Positions 1 to 9,316 of a DNA stretch of 64,000 bases are shown here, piece after piece. The notes beneath the pieces are model-generated. The model was not told the DNA's origin and did not search any database. It saw nothing but the letters and a program-made list of their open reading frames with translations. The first letter of the stretch is position 1. Each line of letters opens with the position of its first letter. Source of the DNA: Candidatus Bathyarchaeia archaeon (GTDB lineage Archaea; Thermoproteota; Bathyarchaeia; 40CM-2-53-6); the NCBI GenBank assembly GCA_049513715.1, contig JBEKVV010000003.1, forward strand, positions 224,001 through 288,000, given 5' to 3'. Both the position numbers and the translations under genes were made by a program.

Positions 1-1
1 T

Positions 2-382
2 GACGGTGCTCGGTTGGGAGAGGTTCACGGAAAGGTTCTCGCTGTGAGACCAACCTTTGAAATCTACGACAACCAAGGGAAATTGTTGGGCGTGGTCAAG
101 AAGAAGATGCTGAAATTGCTGGGTTCTGAATGGTGGTTGGAAAGCCCTCCCGGCCAAGAGGTTGCCAGAATCAAAGGAAACATAACCGAACATGATTTCA
201 CGATTCAGAACCCTGCAGGAGCACCAATCGCTCAGATTCACAAGAAATGGGTCAGCATCCGCGACTCGTATGGAGTAGAAATCGTAACCCCTGAACTGGA
301 CCCATACGTAGTCCTGGCGTATGCTATTGCAATGGACCACGTGGAATACAGAAGCCAAAAACGCGTGGGTTTCGGCGTCTGA
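2..382 (+). CDS. LURP-one/scramblase-like (tubby C-terminal fold) protein, 5'-partial
   Basis: Frame is open from the window edge. Repeated beta-hairpin pattern (FEIYD..GKLLG, HDFTI...IAQIHKKW..RDSYGVEI) and C-terminal helix LAYAIAMD are typical of the LURP-one family. Confidence 0.75.
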   Translation, partial: DGARLGEVHGKVLAVRPTFEIYDNQGKLLGVVKKKMLKLLGSEWWLESPPGQEVARIKGNITEHDFTIQNPAGAPIAQIHKKWVSIRDSYGVEIVTPELDPYVVLAYAIAMDHVEYRSQKRVGFGV

Positions 383-506
383 CAACGCACCTCACATGAT
401 GCTATCTCCGTCTCTGAGACGCATTTTGCTGTGCAAGGTTCATGCCCCCATCTGCACCTTGTCTGTTCCACTTTTTGGATTGGAACGATCTGGTCACCAA
501 CGGCGG

Positions 507-2315
507 CTAACTGGTGGTGTTTGACTCCTCCGAGGCTTTGTTAATTTTCGCTGCACTGTTTGGAGAACTGCGATCCTGCATTTCGCGAACGTACTTTACG
601 GCTTCGCCGAAGGGTTGAGGCAGATATACCGGTTTCATTGCTGCTCCGTGCAGCGCGTACCCCTTCTGAGTTCCATACAGAAATAAGATGACCCCTATCG
701 CTGTGGGCAGTGCCAAAACGTAGGGCAGGAATTGCCGAAAGGGTGGGAAAATGCGGGTCGCTAGATTGAGCGCAGCAGAGGTTATGTTCCTCGAGATTAT
801 GGGAACAAAGTAATGTTGAATGAAGAGCAGAACCGAAAGCCCCAATCCGGCGAAGAGTAGTCTCATTGGGTAACGTCTGATGTGCTCAATCGTCTCAATC
901 CCAGAGTAAGGTATCTCAAAAGTTCTTCTAGAGAACCGTCCTTGTTGGATGAAGACCCGCCTATTGGTTGCCACAACCTTCTGTGTTCCACGAGACCACG
1001 ATCTTGCAACCAACTCCGGTTCTGAAAGCGATGATCTGACTTCGGGCGGGAGCGTGGACAGCCCGGTCTCTCTTTCCAGCTCTCGTGTAAGTGCACTGTC
1101 AAGGTTCTCAATTAGTTTTGATAAAGCGAAAGGCTCTGCTTTCTCTTTGGCGTTGGCGGATAGTTTCTGCCACTTGGTGGGTTCATCAGCCAGCTGGGTT
1201 ACTGCTTGGGCAGCGCCGTCAACATCGCTAGGCCCCTTGACGTGTATACCCTCCTCTCCATTCTTGACTATCCATGATTGTCCGCCTACGCCAGAAGTGA
1301 TCACCGGAACGCCAGAGAACATGAATTCGAGTTGAGTAAGCCCGAGAGCTTCCATCCTGCTAAGAATTATGTTGAGATAGGAAGCCTTGATTAACTGGAT
1401 TTTCTCTCTTTCACTTGTTTCTCCGAAGTAAGTAACGTTTGGTAGCTCCGCGGCCTTCGTTTTGACCTGCTCAGCGTACCCAGTTTCTCCTCTTCCTGCG
1501 AGGATAAAATGAACGTCCTTTCTGTTTGTGAGTTTCTTCGCAACATCAAGTACGGCTTCGGGGTTCTTTCGTTCCTCGATTGACCCAAGGTATGAGACGA
1601 GCTTCAATTTGGGTTCGAGCTTTAGTCGTTGAAGCAGTTCTTCCGGCCCAAAGGAAGCGAATCTTAGGAAAGCGTCGTCATCTACTCCTCCCGGAAAGAG
1701 TGTGCATTTGTCCAGAGGAGCGCCCATTTTGACCTGCGCATCTCGTTCATACGGTGTGAGCACCAGGATGAGGTCGGCCACCCGGAGCACCTGTCTCAGA
1801 GAGAGCCTGTTCCAAGCCATTCGGAAGGACCGTTCGACCATAGAATACCTTCTGGCTGAGGGTTCCTGGTAATGCGACATGTGACAGAATATCAGCGGGT
1901 CTTGGAATCCGCCGAGGGCTTTGATGTTTCGCCTCCACTCGACGAATTTCGCGACCTCCTCAGGCCCGTTCCATAGAGTGCTGTGGGTGATCAGAACGTT
2001 GAGGCCGAATTCGTTTACAATTCTCTCTAATGTGTGTACTGCGTCTTTGAATCCGATCCGACGTGGAGGCCACTTCGTAATGAGGCTGCCGACCCTGATG
2101 ATGGGTATGCCAAGTTCACTGTCTTCTACACGGACGTAGCCCTTTTCCCCGATGACGGACTCGTTGACAACCTCTTTTCCGTCGTGGTAGATACTGGTGA
2201 TTAAGTGAGCTTCGTGGCCGATTTTATTGAAATAATAGACCATTCTCTGGGCCACGAGCTCTTGCCCTTTACTCTTGCTGGTCTGGTACATGATGACGCC
2301 GATTCGTTTTTTCAT
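507..2315 (-). CDS. GT4-family glycosyltransferase with C-terminal PH-like domain and two TM helices
   Basis: GT-B motifs YLGSIEERKNP and SRMEALGLTQLEFMFSGVPVI. C-terminal VATNRRVFIQQG..EIPYSGI is bPH-like and followed by two hydrophobic segments. Confidence 0.85.
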   Translation of the reverse strand: MKKRIGVIMYQTSKSKGQELVAQRMVYYFNKIGHEAHLITSIYHDGKEVVNESVIGEKGYVRVEDSELGIPIIRVGSLITKWPPRRIGFKDAVHTLERIVNEFGLNVLITHSTLWNGPEEVAKFVEWRRNIKALGGFQDPLIFCHMSHYQEPSARRYSMVERSFRMAWNRLSLRQVLRVADLILVLTPYERDAQVKMGAPLDKCTLFPGGVDDDAFLRFASFGPEELLQRLKLEPKLKLVSYLGSIEERKNPEAVLDVAKKLTNRKDVHFILAGRGETGYAEQVKTKAAELPNVTYFGETSEREKIQLIKASYLNIILSRMEALGLTQLEFMFSGVPVITSGVGGQSWIVKNGEEGIHVKGPSDVDGAAQAVTQLADEPTKWQKLSANAKEKAEPFALSKLIENLDSALTRELERETGLSTLPPEVRSSLSEPELVARSWSRGTQKVVATNRRVFIQQGRFSRRTFEIPYSGIETIEHIRRYPMRLLFAGLGLSVLLFIQHYFVPIISRNITSAALNLATRIFPPFRQFLPYVLALPTAIGVILFLYGTQKGYALHGAAMKPVYLPQPFGEAVKYVREMQDRSSPNSAAKINKASEESNTTS

Positions 2316-2414
2316 AAACGCCCACTTCGACGTAGAACTCTGGCAGATAGCTTCGCTACCATGACTTAACTTATAATACTATGAAAGGCCCCTCCAGTTT
2401 CGTGGTGCGGTAAT

Positions 2415-3188
2415 CTGAAGATTGAGGCATTGTTCTCGGATTTTGATGGCACACTCTGCCAGCTAGATGCGCGTAGAGAGGAAGCGCGCATGCCTCCCAG
2501 GCTTAAGAGATTCCTAAACAAACTAAGCACAAAGATACCGTTCGGAATCATAACCACAAAAGACCTGGGTTTCATCAGGGAGCGAGTGCCCTTCGCACAC
2601 GGCATAGCTGCTTTGAGCGGTCTTGAGATGCAAGTCGGAGAGAGGCGGCTGGTGGATGAGGGCATTCCAGGTAACCTCGATGCCATTGAGGACGCCTACC
2701 AGATGGCTTTCGCGGGGTTAAAGGAGATTCACGATGATGGGGTAGGTATTGAAAGAAAGACAACTGAGGAGGACGAACTCATCGGTTTCTGCATTGACTG
2801 GAGAATGTCCCATAATTGGACTGAGGCGCGAACAAGAGTCATGCCATTAATAGAACAATGCAAGCAGGCAGGCCTCTACGTTACCGAATCGAAGGTGAGC
2901 CCTTTCGCAAACGTCTACTTCACGAAGGTTGACAAAGGCACCGCTTTTGCGAGGCTGAAGGCCGAACTTGGCGTAACTGGCACAGTAATGTACTTGGGCG
3001 ACTCAGAAGACGACAACCCTGCCTTTGAGCTGGCCGAAGTCTCAATTGGCATTAAACATCACAAAAATATGCCAGAACTCAAATGCAAGTACTTGTTGGA
3101 ATTCTTGAAGCTAGAAGGGTTCATCGCAATCCTGACGGACGAGAACCTCGAATTCAGAGAAGACTTGCCCGGAATCAATCCAAGATAA
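2415..3188 (+). CDS. HAD-IIB hydrolase, trehalose-6-phosphate-phosphatase-like
   Basis: Motifs FSDFDGTL, DKG and YLGDSEDDNPAF. Start extended to CTG 2415 (xKIEALFSDFDGT); the ORF track starts at TTG 2430, inside strand beta1. Confidence 0.8.
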   Translation: MKIEALFSDFDGTLCQLDARREEARMPPRLKRFLNKLSTKIPFGIITTKDLGFIRERVPFAHGIAALSGLEMQVGERRLVDEGIPGNLDAIEDAYQMAFAGLKEIHDDGVGIERKTTEEDELIGFCIDWRMSHNWTEARTRVMPLIEQCKQAGLYVTESKVSPFANVYFTKVDKGTAFARLKAELGVTGTVMYLGDSEDDNPAFELAEVSIGIKHHKNMPELKCKYLLEFLKLEGFIAILTDENLEFREDLPGINPR

Positions 3189-3540
3189 GCAGAAGTTGAC
3201 TCACGCAGAAACGACGGTCATAGAGGCACAATGCGTAAGCCTTGTCCCAATAAGTCTCTGTTCACATTGTGGCGCCACTCAGCACATCGAGCAATAACTC
3301 GTAGTTGATGACGCTGAAGCCGCCCAAGCCTAAGGGGAGACTAGGTGCAAGCAGAAATGGCAACCCCATTCATACCGCGAGTCCTGCAAAGAACCCTGCC
3401 CATTGTCGGTAGTGGTGACGAGTGATTACGTCCATCAATCATTATGGATACCCGTCCTTTTCCATTGTCCCTCATGTTCGAAAGACCAGAATCTGCCAAC
3501 AAGTAAATTACAAGCAAGCGAGGTAGACGCTAGTTGAATA

Positions 3541-3807
3541 TTGTTGCCTGATTGCGAATGTGGGCGGCTAGCCACCAAATATCTGGAAGCATCTCGAATC
3601 TACGTATGCGATAATTGCTTTCAGAATAGAATGCCCAGTGCATTCCTTGTAAGGTGTCAACTGTGCTTGAAAGCAACCAAGACTACGCGTATGATGCACT
3701 ACGAAACTCTTGAACAAAGGGGATATGTGACGAACGATACCCGCATCGACTCTAACCATCCATTAGTTCTACTTTGCGAGACATGTGCGCGCAAGGTTCT
3801 TGCATAG
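3541..3807 (+). CDS. Small Cys-rich putative double zinc-finger protein
   Basis: 88 aa with CEC, CDNC, CQLC and CETC motifs. Confidence 0.55.
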   Translation: MLPDCECGRLATKYLEASRIYVCDNCFQNRMPSAFLVRCQLCLKATKTTRMMHYETLEQRGYVTNDTRIDSNHPLVLLCETCARKVLA

Positions 3808-3892
3808 GCACGTGGAAATCAAATAGACCAATCACCGTGTCAATCCGTAGCGCCAAGGTGAAATCTAACCACATGCCACTCACTCTCCGGTC

Positions 3893-4357
3893 TTGATTGC
3901 GTTGCCTCGCAAAGCCGTAAAGAAACATATGTATCAAGTCTCGAAGGAAATACGTGCCTCTCTACCTTTCGTTTTTAGCTGGTGCACTGATTACAGAGAG
4001 GATGACACGAAGATTACGGGGTCGAAGAATCGACGCAAGATCCTGCACAGATCGAAGCAATACGTCATCTACCTTACAACATTCAAGGGTCGAAGACACC
4101 CTTGGAAGGCCGTCAGCATCGTCACACTAACTCCACCCAGTGCTTGGCACCTTGATTTTTTCGGTGATCATGAGGACTGCAGAGGCGAATACAGACTCAG
4201 GAGAGTAAAGCCTGGGTTAACTAGGTTAAGCATGGTATTCAACGAGGTGTACAAGATTACCAAAGCACCAACCAAGGCAGAGGACGCCGAGAGCACCAGC
4301 CAGCTCTGGGACAAGTACATCGAGAGGCTCGAAGCGGACTACCGACGCTCAGCGTAG
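3893..4357 (+). CDS. Hypothetical protein, SRPBCC/START-like fold
   Basis: N-terminal EIRASLPFVFSWCTDY, beta-rich core and C-terminal helix WDKYIERLEADY fit the START-like pattern. Exact start uncertain. Confidence 0.55.
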   Translation: MIALPRKAVKKHMYQVSKEIRASLPFVFSWCTDYREDDTKITGSKNRRKILHRSKQYVIYLTTFKGRRHPWKAVSIVTLTPPSAWHLDFFGDHEDCRGEYRLRRVKPGLTRLSMVFNEVYKITKAPTKAEDAESTSQLWDKYIERLEADYRRSA

Positions 4358-4524
4358 TCTTGAAAAGTTATACTTTGCACGTTATCGAGATTCTCCTCGC
4401 TTGGTTCCCTGCGTGCTTCGAGTGTCGCCGACTCCCGACCAAACCATTTTCTTCCAACCTTAGGCACTTTGAAATTCTTACACAGCCACGAAATACTCTA
4501 GGCCATAGAACCAAACCAGAGATC

Positions 4525-4974
4525 TTATGTGAGATTCACCATGTCTTCAGCAGCGGCTAGAATCCTGGTCAGAACGGAGAGAAACGAATCCATCTCCTGG
4601 GACGTAACCTGACGGGTCGTCCTCTCGATGAACTTGTCATGAAGTTTCAAGGCTCGCCTTAGCTTTTCGCCACCTTTGCCTGTTATAGCCACGTTGATCA
4701 TCCTTCTATCCGCGTCGCTTCTCACACGCCGAACAAGCCCGGCTTCTTCAAGATTGTCGATAACGATAGTCATGCCTGGGGCGGTCATGCTCTGCTCCTT
4801 AGCTAGCATTACCATCGAGGACGGGCCTAGTCCTGAGAGCATCCTAAGCGCCCGCAACTCAGCGGGAGTCAACTCCACGACCAAAAGGTTTCTCTCAACA
4901 AGCCTGTTCCATCTCTTGAATCCATCAGATAATGTGCGAACTAGATCGTACTTGGAGAGAGAGGTCTGCCGCAT
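4525..4974 (-). CDS. MarR-family transcriptional regulator
   Basis: LTPAELRAL...MTIVIDNLEEAGLVRRVRSDADRR..VAITGKG is the MarR wHTH signature. Confidence 0.92.
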   Translation of the reverse strand: MRQTSLSKYDLVRTLSDGFKRWNRLVERNLLVVELTPAELRALRMLSGLGPSSMVMLAKEQSMTAPGMTIVIDNLEEAGLVRRVRSDADRRMINVAITGKGGEKLRRALKLHDKFIERTTRQVTSQEMDSFLSVLTRILAAAEDMVNLT

Positions 4975-4975
4975 T

Positions 4976-5080
4976 TTACTTTTCCGCCAGTGTTCGCATC
5001 ATCAAATCTCGGTTGTTGTTGACGCCTCGAAAGACCGAGTTCAGCGCGATAATCGCTACGTTGACATCTATTGACGCCAT
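4976..5080 (-). pseudogene. 34-codon ORF coupled to marR; possible remnant of a DHA2-type MFS transporter N-terminus
   Basis: MASIDVNVAIIALNSVFRG resembles the TM1 motif of 14-TMS drug exporters. Its TAA ends 1 nt before the marR ATG. Confidence 0.3.
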
Positions 5081-5136
5081 GATTCCGCCGTCCAAATGAC
5101 TAAAGCTGATCTGCCCTAAGTCTATCCATGCTGAAA

Positions 5137-5165
5137 CTTAAGCCTTTAATGATTAATAGTTTAAG
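5137..5165. promoter_or_regulatory. 29-bp palindromic operator, copy 1 (marR/amtB1 divergent region)
   Basis: CTTAA-GCCT-TTAATGATTAA-TAGT-TTAAG. The same architecture recurs at 14113-14141. Confidence 0.75.
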
Positions 5166-5299
5166 CTTCCGCCCGAAACGACCTCGTCGATGGTACTTTA
5201 CTTTTTGCTACCTCTGAAACGGGGCTTATACTCTCTATAGATGGGTTTTATAACAGAAGACTCTGCGCCTTGGCAGCATTCAAGTTACGGGTGATATAT

Positions 5300-6529
5300 G
5301 TGGCGCTGAACTCCGGAGACATCGCTTGGGTAATTTCCGCTACCGCATTGGTCATGATAATGACTCCGGCTGTGGGGTTCTTTTATGGTGGCCTCGTTCG
5401 AAGGAAGAACCTAGTCTCAACTATAGTTCAATGTCTGGCAATTTTCGCAGTCGTAAGTTTGGTCTGGGCACTTTGGGGGTACAGTATTGCCCTCGGTCCA
5501 TCAGTAAATGGTTTCATCGGAAGCCTAGCTGACTTGGGATTGAATAATGTTGGAGAGGCACCAAACCCAGGCTATTCAAACACGATTCCTGAACTTCTGT
5601 ATTTCGCCTTCCAACTTAAGTTCGCGGCTATCACACCCGCTCTTATCATTGGAGCGTTTGCAGAGAGAATTCGCTTCAAGTCTTTGATGCTCTACGTTGT
5701 GTTATGGACGACCTTCATCTACTGTCCAATCGCACACTGGAATTGGGCCGTGGGAGGCTTTCTAAGGTCGCTTGGTGTTGTTGACTTCGCCGGAGGTTTG
5801 GTAGTCCATACTTCAGCAGGGATCTCAGCACTTGCAGCTGCCTTAGTGGTTGGTAGAAGAAAAGGCCTAGGCGCGAAGAAACAGGAGATGAGACCTGCAG
5901 ATATCCCCTACGTGATTCTAGGTGCGTCAATACTCTGGTTCGGATGGTTCGGTTTCAACGCCGGCAGCGCGCTCGCGGCTGACGCCTTGGCGGTGAACGC
6001 GTTGGTTGTTACCAACCTTGCCGCAGCAGCGGCCGCAGTTAGCTGGATGCTAGTTGACGTGTACACGAAAGGCAAACCGTCGGCGGTCGGAATCTCAGTT
6101 GGAGCAGTCTGCGGGTTAGTGGCGATAACGCCAGCTTCCGGGTACGTGGGTCCGATGCCGTCCATAATCATCGGCCTCGTGGCCGGAGCCCTGTGCAACT
6201 ACGTTGCTAGCCTGAGAGTTAGAACAACCATGGACGACACGTTGGACGTATTTGCCGCGCATGGAGTAGGCGGAATGTGGGGAACGATAGCAACCGGACT
6301 ATTTGCAGCGACCGCAATCAACGCGGCGGGACCGAATGGGCTCTTCTACGGTAATCCCGCGCAACTAGGAATTCAAGCCTTCGCTGTCGCCATAGTCGCT
6401 CTCTTCGCGTTCTGCGGTTCCTACGTATTGCTTAAGATCGTTAACGCGATTTCGCCCCTCCGCGTGAGCGAGAAAGAAGAGGATACCGGACTGGACGTCT
6501 CACAGCATGGCGAAGAAGCGTACGCGTAA
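5300..6529 (+). CDS. amtB: Ammonium transporter (Amt), copy 1
   Basis: MTPAVGFFYGG, DFAGGLVVH, WFGWFGFNAGS, DDTLDVFAAHG and HGEEAY; both pore histidines present. GTG 5300 follows a GGTGA RBS. Confidence 0.97.
   Translation: MALNSGDIAWVISATALVMIMTPAVGFFYGGLVRRKNLVSTIVQCLAIFAVVSLVWALWGYSIALGPSVNGFIGSLADLGLNNVGEAPNPGYSNTIPELLYFAFQLKFAAITPALIIGAFAERIRFKSLMLYVVLWTTFIYCPIAHWNWAVGGFLRSLGVVDFAGGLVVHTSAGISALAAALVVGRRKGLGAKKQEMRPADIPYVILGASILWFGWFGFNAGSALAADALAVNALVVTNLAAAAAAVSWMLVDVYTKGKPSAVGISVGAVCGLVAITPASGYVGPMPSIIIGLVAGALCNYVASLRVRTTMDDTLDVFAAHGVGGMWGTIATGLFAATAINAAGPNGLFYGNPAQLGIQAFAVAIVALFAFCGSYVLLKIVNAISPLRVSEKEEDTGLDVSQHGEEAYA
5351..5421 (+). repeat. 71-bp perfect inverted repeat, left copy (inside amtB1)
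   Basis: GTCATGATAATGACTCCGGC...CTAGTCTCAAC is identical to the reverse complement of 13890-13960. Confidence 0.95.
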
Positions 6530-6570
6530 ATAGGTAAAGTCAGTGCAGTTACGCTCTGGAGTGACAACAG

Positions 6571-6960
6571 ACGAAATTCACTAGGCCCTCTGTTCTGCTG
6601 CTCCTTGTCATCGTTTTCGGCATGGGTTTCTCCGGCTACCTGACCACCGGAGTACTCCTGTCTAACTCATGTCCCCTGAACGGTGGATGCACACGTGTGC
6701 TCGGCATTCCGTCTTGCATGTACGGGTTCACCATGTACACCATTATGCTGATCATTGTTCTGTTGACATCGATGGGGAAGATAGTGTTCGGAACGGGCCG
6801 GAAGCTCGTCCTTCTTGTGTCGGTTATGGGGATGCTGTTTTCCGGTTCCTTGCTCGTCCTGGAATTCGTGAACAAAAGCCCCTTAACAATCTGCGCCGCA
6901 GGATTCTCGATGTTCCTGTTGATTTTCCTTTTGACCCGCCTGTTCTGGAAGGAGCAGTAA
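6571..6960 (+). CDS. VKOR-like four-TM membrane protein
   Basis: FSGYL..CPLNGGC..VLGIPSCMYG is VKOR-like. The first TM helix lies upstream of ATG 6622, and the frame is open back to ACG 6571 after a GGAGTGA RBS. Confidence 0.6.
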   Translation, partial: TKFTRPSVLLLLVIVFGMGFSGYLTTGVLLSNSCPLNGGCTRVLGIPSCMYGFTMYTIMLIIVLLTSMGKIVFGTGRKLVLLVSVMGMLFSGSLLVLEFVNKSPLTICAAGFSMFLLIFLLTRLFWKEQ

Positions 6961-7021
6961 TTCGACGAACATAGGACGACTGGAGCGGGCCGGACTGTTC
7001 TAAGCACGACAAGTGTTTTCG

Positions 7022-8155
7022 TTAGACGAATCTGTTGGGAGAAGTGAGCCTGAGTATCGGATCGGGCCGACCTTCGAACGCGACAGGCATCCTGCTTCCT
7101 GCTGCAAATCCCATTACTATACCCTCGTCTCCCATGGCTACGGCTGAATAGACGTGGTTGCGAACGGGGCCGATAATTGGTAGCAGGTCCTTAGTTTTCG
7201 AATACGAGTCCCCCCACTGATGTTCCCGCTCCAAACTCACTCCGCTGTAGTACCACGCGAGCTTCTGCTTGATGTTCTTGGGTTGATAGAGTTCCAACGC
7301 TAAGCGGCGCCCAAGGGGATAGAGAATGTCATACTTTTCTTCCATCGTCCAGATCACTTTGTCGCAAGGCCATATCTTCTTGGTCTCTGGCATCTCGCGG
7401 CTTGCTATGACAACACTCATTTCTTCCTCGAAGTGCTTTTCCAAGCCATAGAATGGTTTCAGGTTTGTTGCCATAATCAAACGACTGCAACGTACTTTCG
7501 CGCGTGGCGATCGGACGGTTACGTGATCTTGTTCTTCCTCAAAACCGATCAATTGGGAATTCTCAAAGACAGGTATATTGAATCTTTTGGCAAGCCCCAC
7601 CGCGAACTGAGCAGGGTGAAGCACGGAGCAGATTTCAAATGACAGGCCTGCGAGAAACTTGTTCCCGGTGAATGACTGTTCTATGTCCTCGCTTGCGTAC
7701 AGCTCGGTTTTTATCCCGATGCATGCAAGCTCCGTCTTCTCCCTTTCCAGTCTGCTCTCCTCTGCGTCGTTCTTGGCGACCATGATTGCTCCCGTGTGGC
7801 GAAGCCCGCAATCTATTCGGTTTTTCTCAATTATCGAGACCATCTGTGTGATTGTCTTTTCAGTTTCTTTCCAGAGCGTTGTCGCATCTTCTTTGCCGTA
7901 CCGTTCGACCGCTTCGACAAAGTTGCCACCCGAGCCATAATATAGAATGCCCGAGCTCGCACCAGTAGCTGCCGCGCCCACCTCATCCCTCTCGAGTACT
8001 AGAACCTTGTAACCAGCGTTCTGCAAATGAAAGGCGCAGGATATCCCCGCTATGCCGGCGCCCACAATTGCTACATCAACATTCGCATCTCGCTCTAGAA
8101 TTGGAAAACGTTCTGTGACAGGCCAAAGAGGATTAGCCTGCATGCCCGACATCAC
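7022..8155 (-). CDS. FAD-dependent oxidoreductase (DAO/PuuB-like amine oxidase family)
   Basis: DVAIVGAGIAG dinucleotide-binding motif, GAAATGASSG, and TKDLLPIIG. Confidence 0.85.
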   Translation of the reverse strand: MMSGMQANPLWPVTERFPILERDANVDVAIVGAGIAGISCAFHLQNAGYKVLVLERDEVGAAATGASSGILYYGSGGNFVEAVERYGKEDATTLWKETEKTITQMVSIIEKNRIDCGLRHTGAIMVAKNDAEESRLEREKTELACIGIKTELYASEDIEQSFTGNKFLAGLSFEICSVLHPAQFAVGLAKRFNIPVFENSQLIGFEEEQDHVTVRSPRAKVRCSRLIMATNLKPFYGLEKHFEEEMSVVIASREMPETKKIWPCDKVIWTMEEKYDILYPLGRRLALELYQPKNIKQKLAWYYSGVSLEREHQWGDSYSKTKDLLPIIGPVRNHVYSAVAMGDEGIVMGFAAGSRMPVAFEGRPDPILRLTSPNRFV

Positions 8156-8215
8156 GGGCCAAGGATTGCGAGTCGCTATTCAAAGATTACCTCACCTAGT
8201 CACTGGAGGCGGCTA

Positions 8216-9283
8216 TTAGGTCGAAGGGGGCGTAGGCGTGTAGATTTCGTAGAATTTCCTATATTTCCACACTACAACAGAGACTAGCCAAGACACAAGA
8301 AAGATGGCTATTATGCCGAACCCTATGGTTTCGAAATCTAGGCCGCTAAGCCAACCCCAATAGGTGCCTGTCAGGTTCAATTCGTTAGCTATGACCTGGA
8401 GAAGCTCAGCGGTGCCAATTGCCAACGCGACAAGCACTGAAATGACCGTCACGGTCAGGTTGTAGTAGATTTTACGAATTGGATTAAGAAAGGCCCAACC
8501 ATAGGCCAAACGCATTGTCACACCATCGGTTGTATCGACTAGGACCATTCCGCATGTGAACATGAAAGGCAATATGAGAATCATCCACACTGGAACAGCG
8601 GAAGAGACACCGACACCAACACTGATCGCTATGAGAGCGATTTCAGTTGCAGTATCAAAACCTAATCCGAAGAGGATACCGATGGGGTAAATCTGCCACG
8701 GTCGCTTGACGATCTTGAACAATGGTCGAAAGTAGCGGTTTAGGAATCCGCGATTGTCCAGAAGATTCTCAAGTTCAGTCTGGTTCATCTTTCCGCGTTT
8801 CAGTTCCTTGAAGATTCGGTAAATGCTGAAAACGATGATCATGTTGACTATTCCTATCAACCACAGGAACACTCCTGAAACAGTTGTTCCGATTATTGTG
8901 CCACTGCTCTCCAAGACAGGTATATGACCAACTATCGTTCGAGTTGCAAAAATCAACGCCACGATAAGCCCAACCACAATTGTCGAATGCCCTAACGAGA
9001 ACCACATGCCAACAGTGAAAGGGCGTTGATTCTCCTGCATCAGCTTTCTTGTCGTATTGTCAATCGCAGCGATGTGGTCAGCATCAACACCATGACGCAG
9101 GCCGAACACATATGTGACTATTCCAAGGCCCGCAAGTAAAACCGAGAGCTTACCTATGATTGTCGAGGCGATAAAACCGAAGGCCGTCGCTAGCCCGATT
9201 AATGAGTAAATGGAAACTAGTTTGAGCTTCTCATTCGGCGAAAGCCCCGCCGTCGAATAGACGAGACCAGTTTCTTTGGACAT
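8216..9283 (-). CDS. nixA: High-affinity nickel/cobalt permease (HoxN/NixA, NiCoT)
   Basis: Signatures GLRHGVDADHIAAID, FSLGHSTIV and LFGLGFDTATE. Confidence 0.95.
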   Translation of the reverse strand: MSKETGLVYSTAGLSPNEKLKLVSIYSLIGLATAFGFIASTIIGKLSVLLAGLGIVTYVFGLRHGVDADHIAAIDNTTRKLMQENQRPFTVGMWFSLGHSTIVVGLIVALIFATRTIVGHIPVLESSGTIIGTTVSGVFLWLIGIVNMIIVFSIYRIFKELKRGKMNQTELENLLDNRGFLNRYFRPLFKIVKRPWQIYPIGILFGLGFDTATEIALIAISVGVGVSSAVPVWMILILPFMFTCGMVLVDTTDGVTMRLAYGWAFLNPIRKIYYNLTVTVISVLVALAIGTAELLQVIANELNLTGTYWGWLSGLDFETIGFGIIAIFLVSWLVSVVVWKYRKFYEIYTPTPPST

Positions 9284-9316
9284 CTCAGAGGAAACGCTCC
9301 TTCCACAATCGGCGTA

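Noticed and set aside
3190..3540. Possible decayed membrane-protein gene on the minus strand; similar coding-like scraps at 11430-11760 and 12490-12770
   Set aside because: The fragments are interrupted by stops and cannot be assigned to any family by eye.
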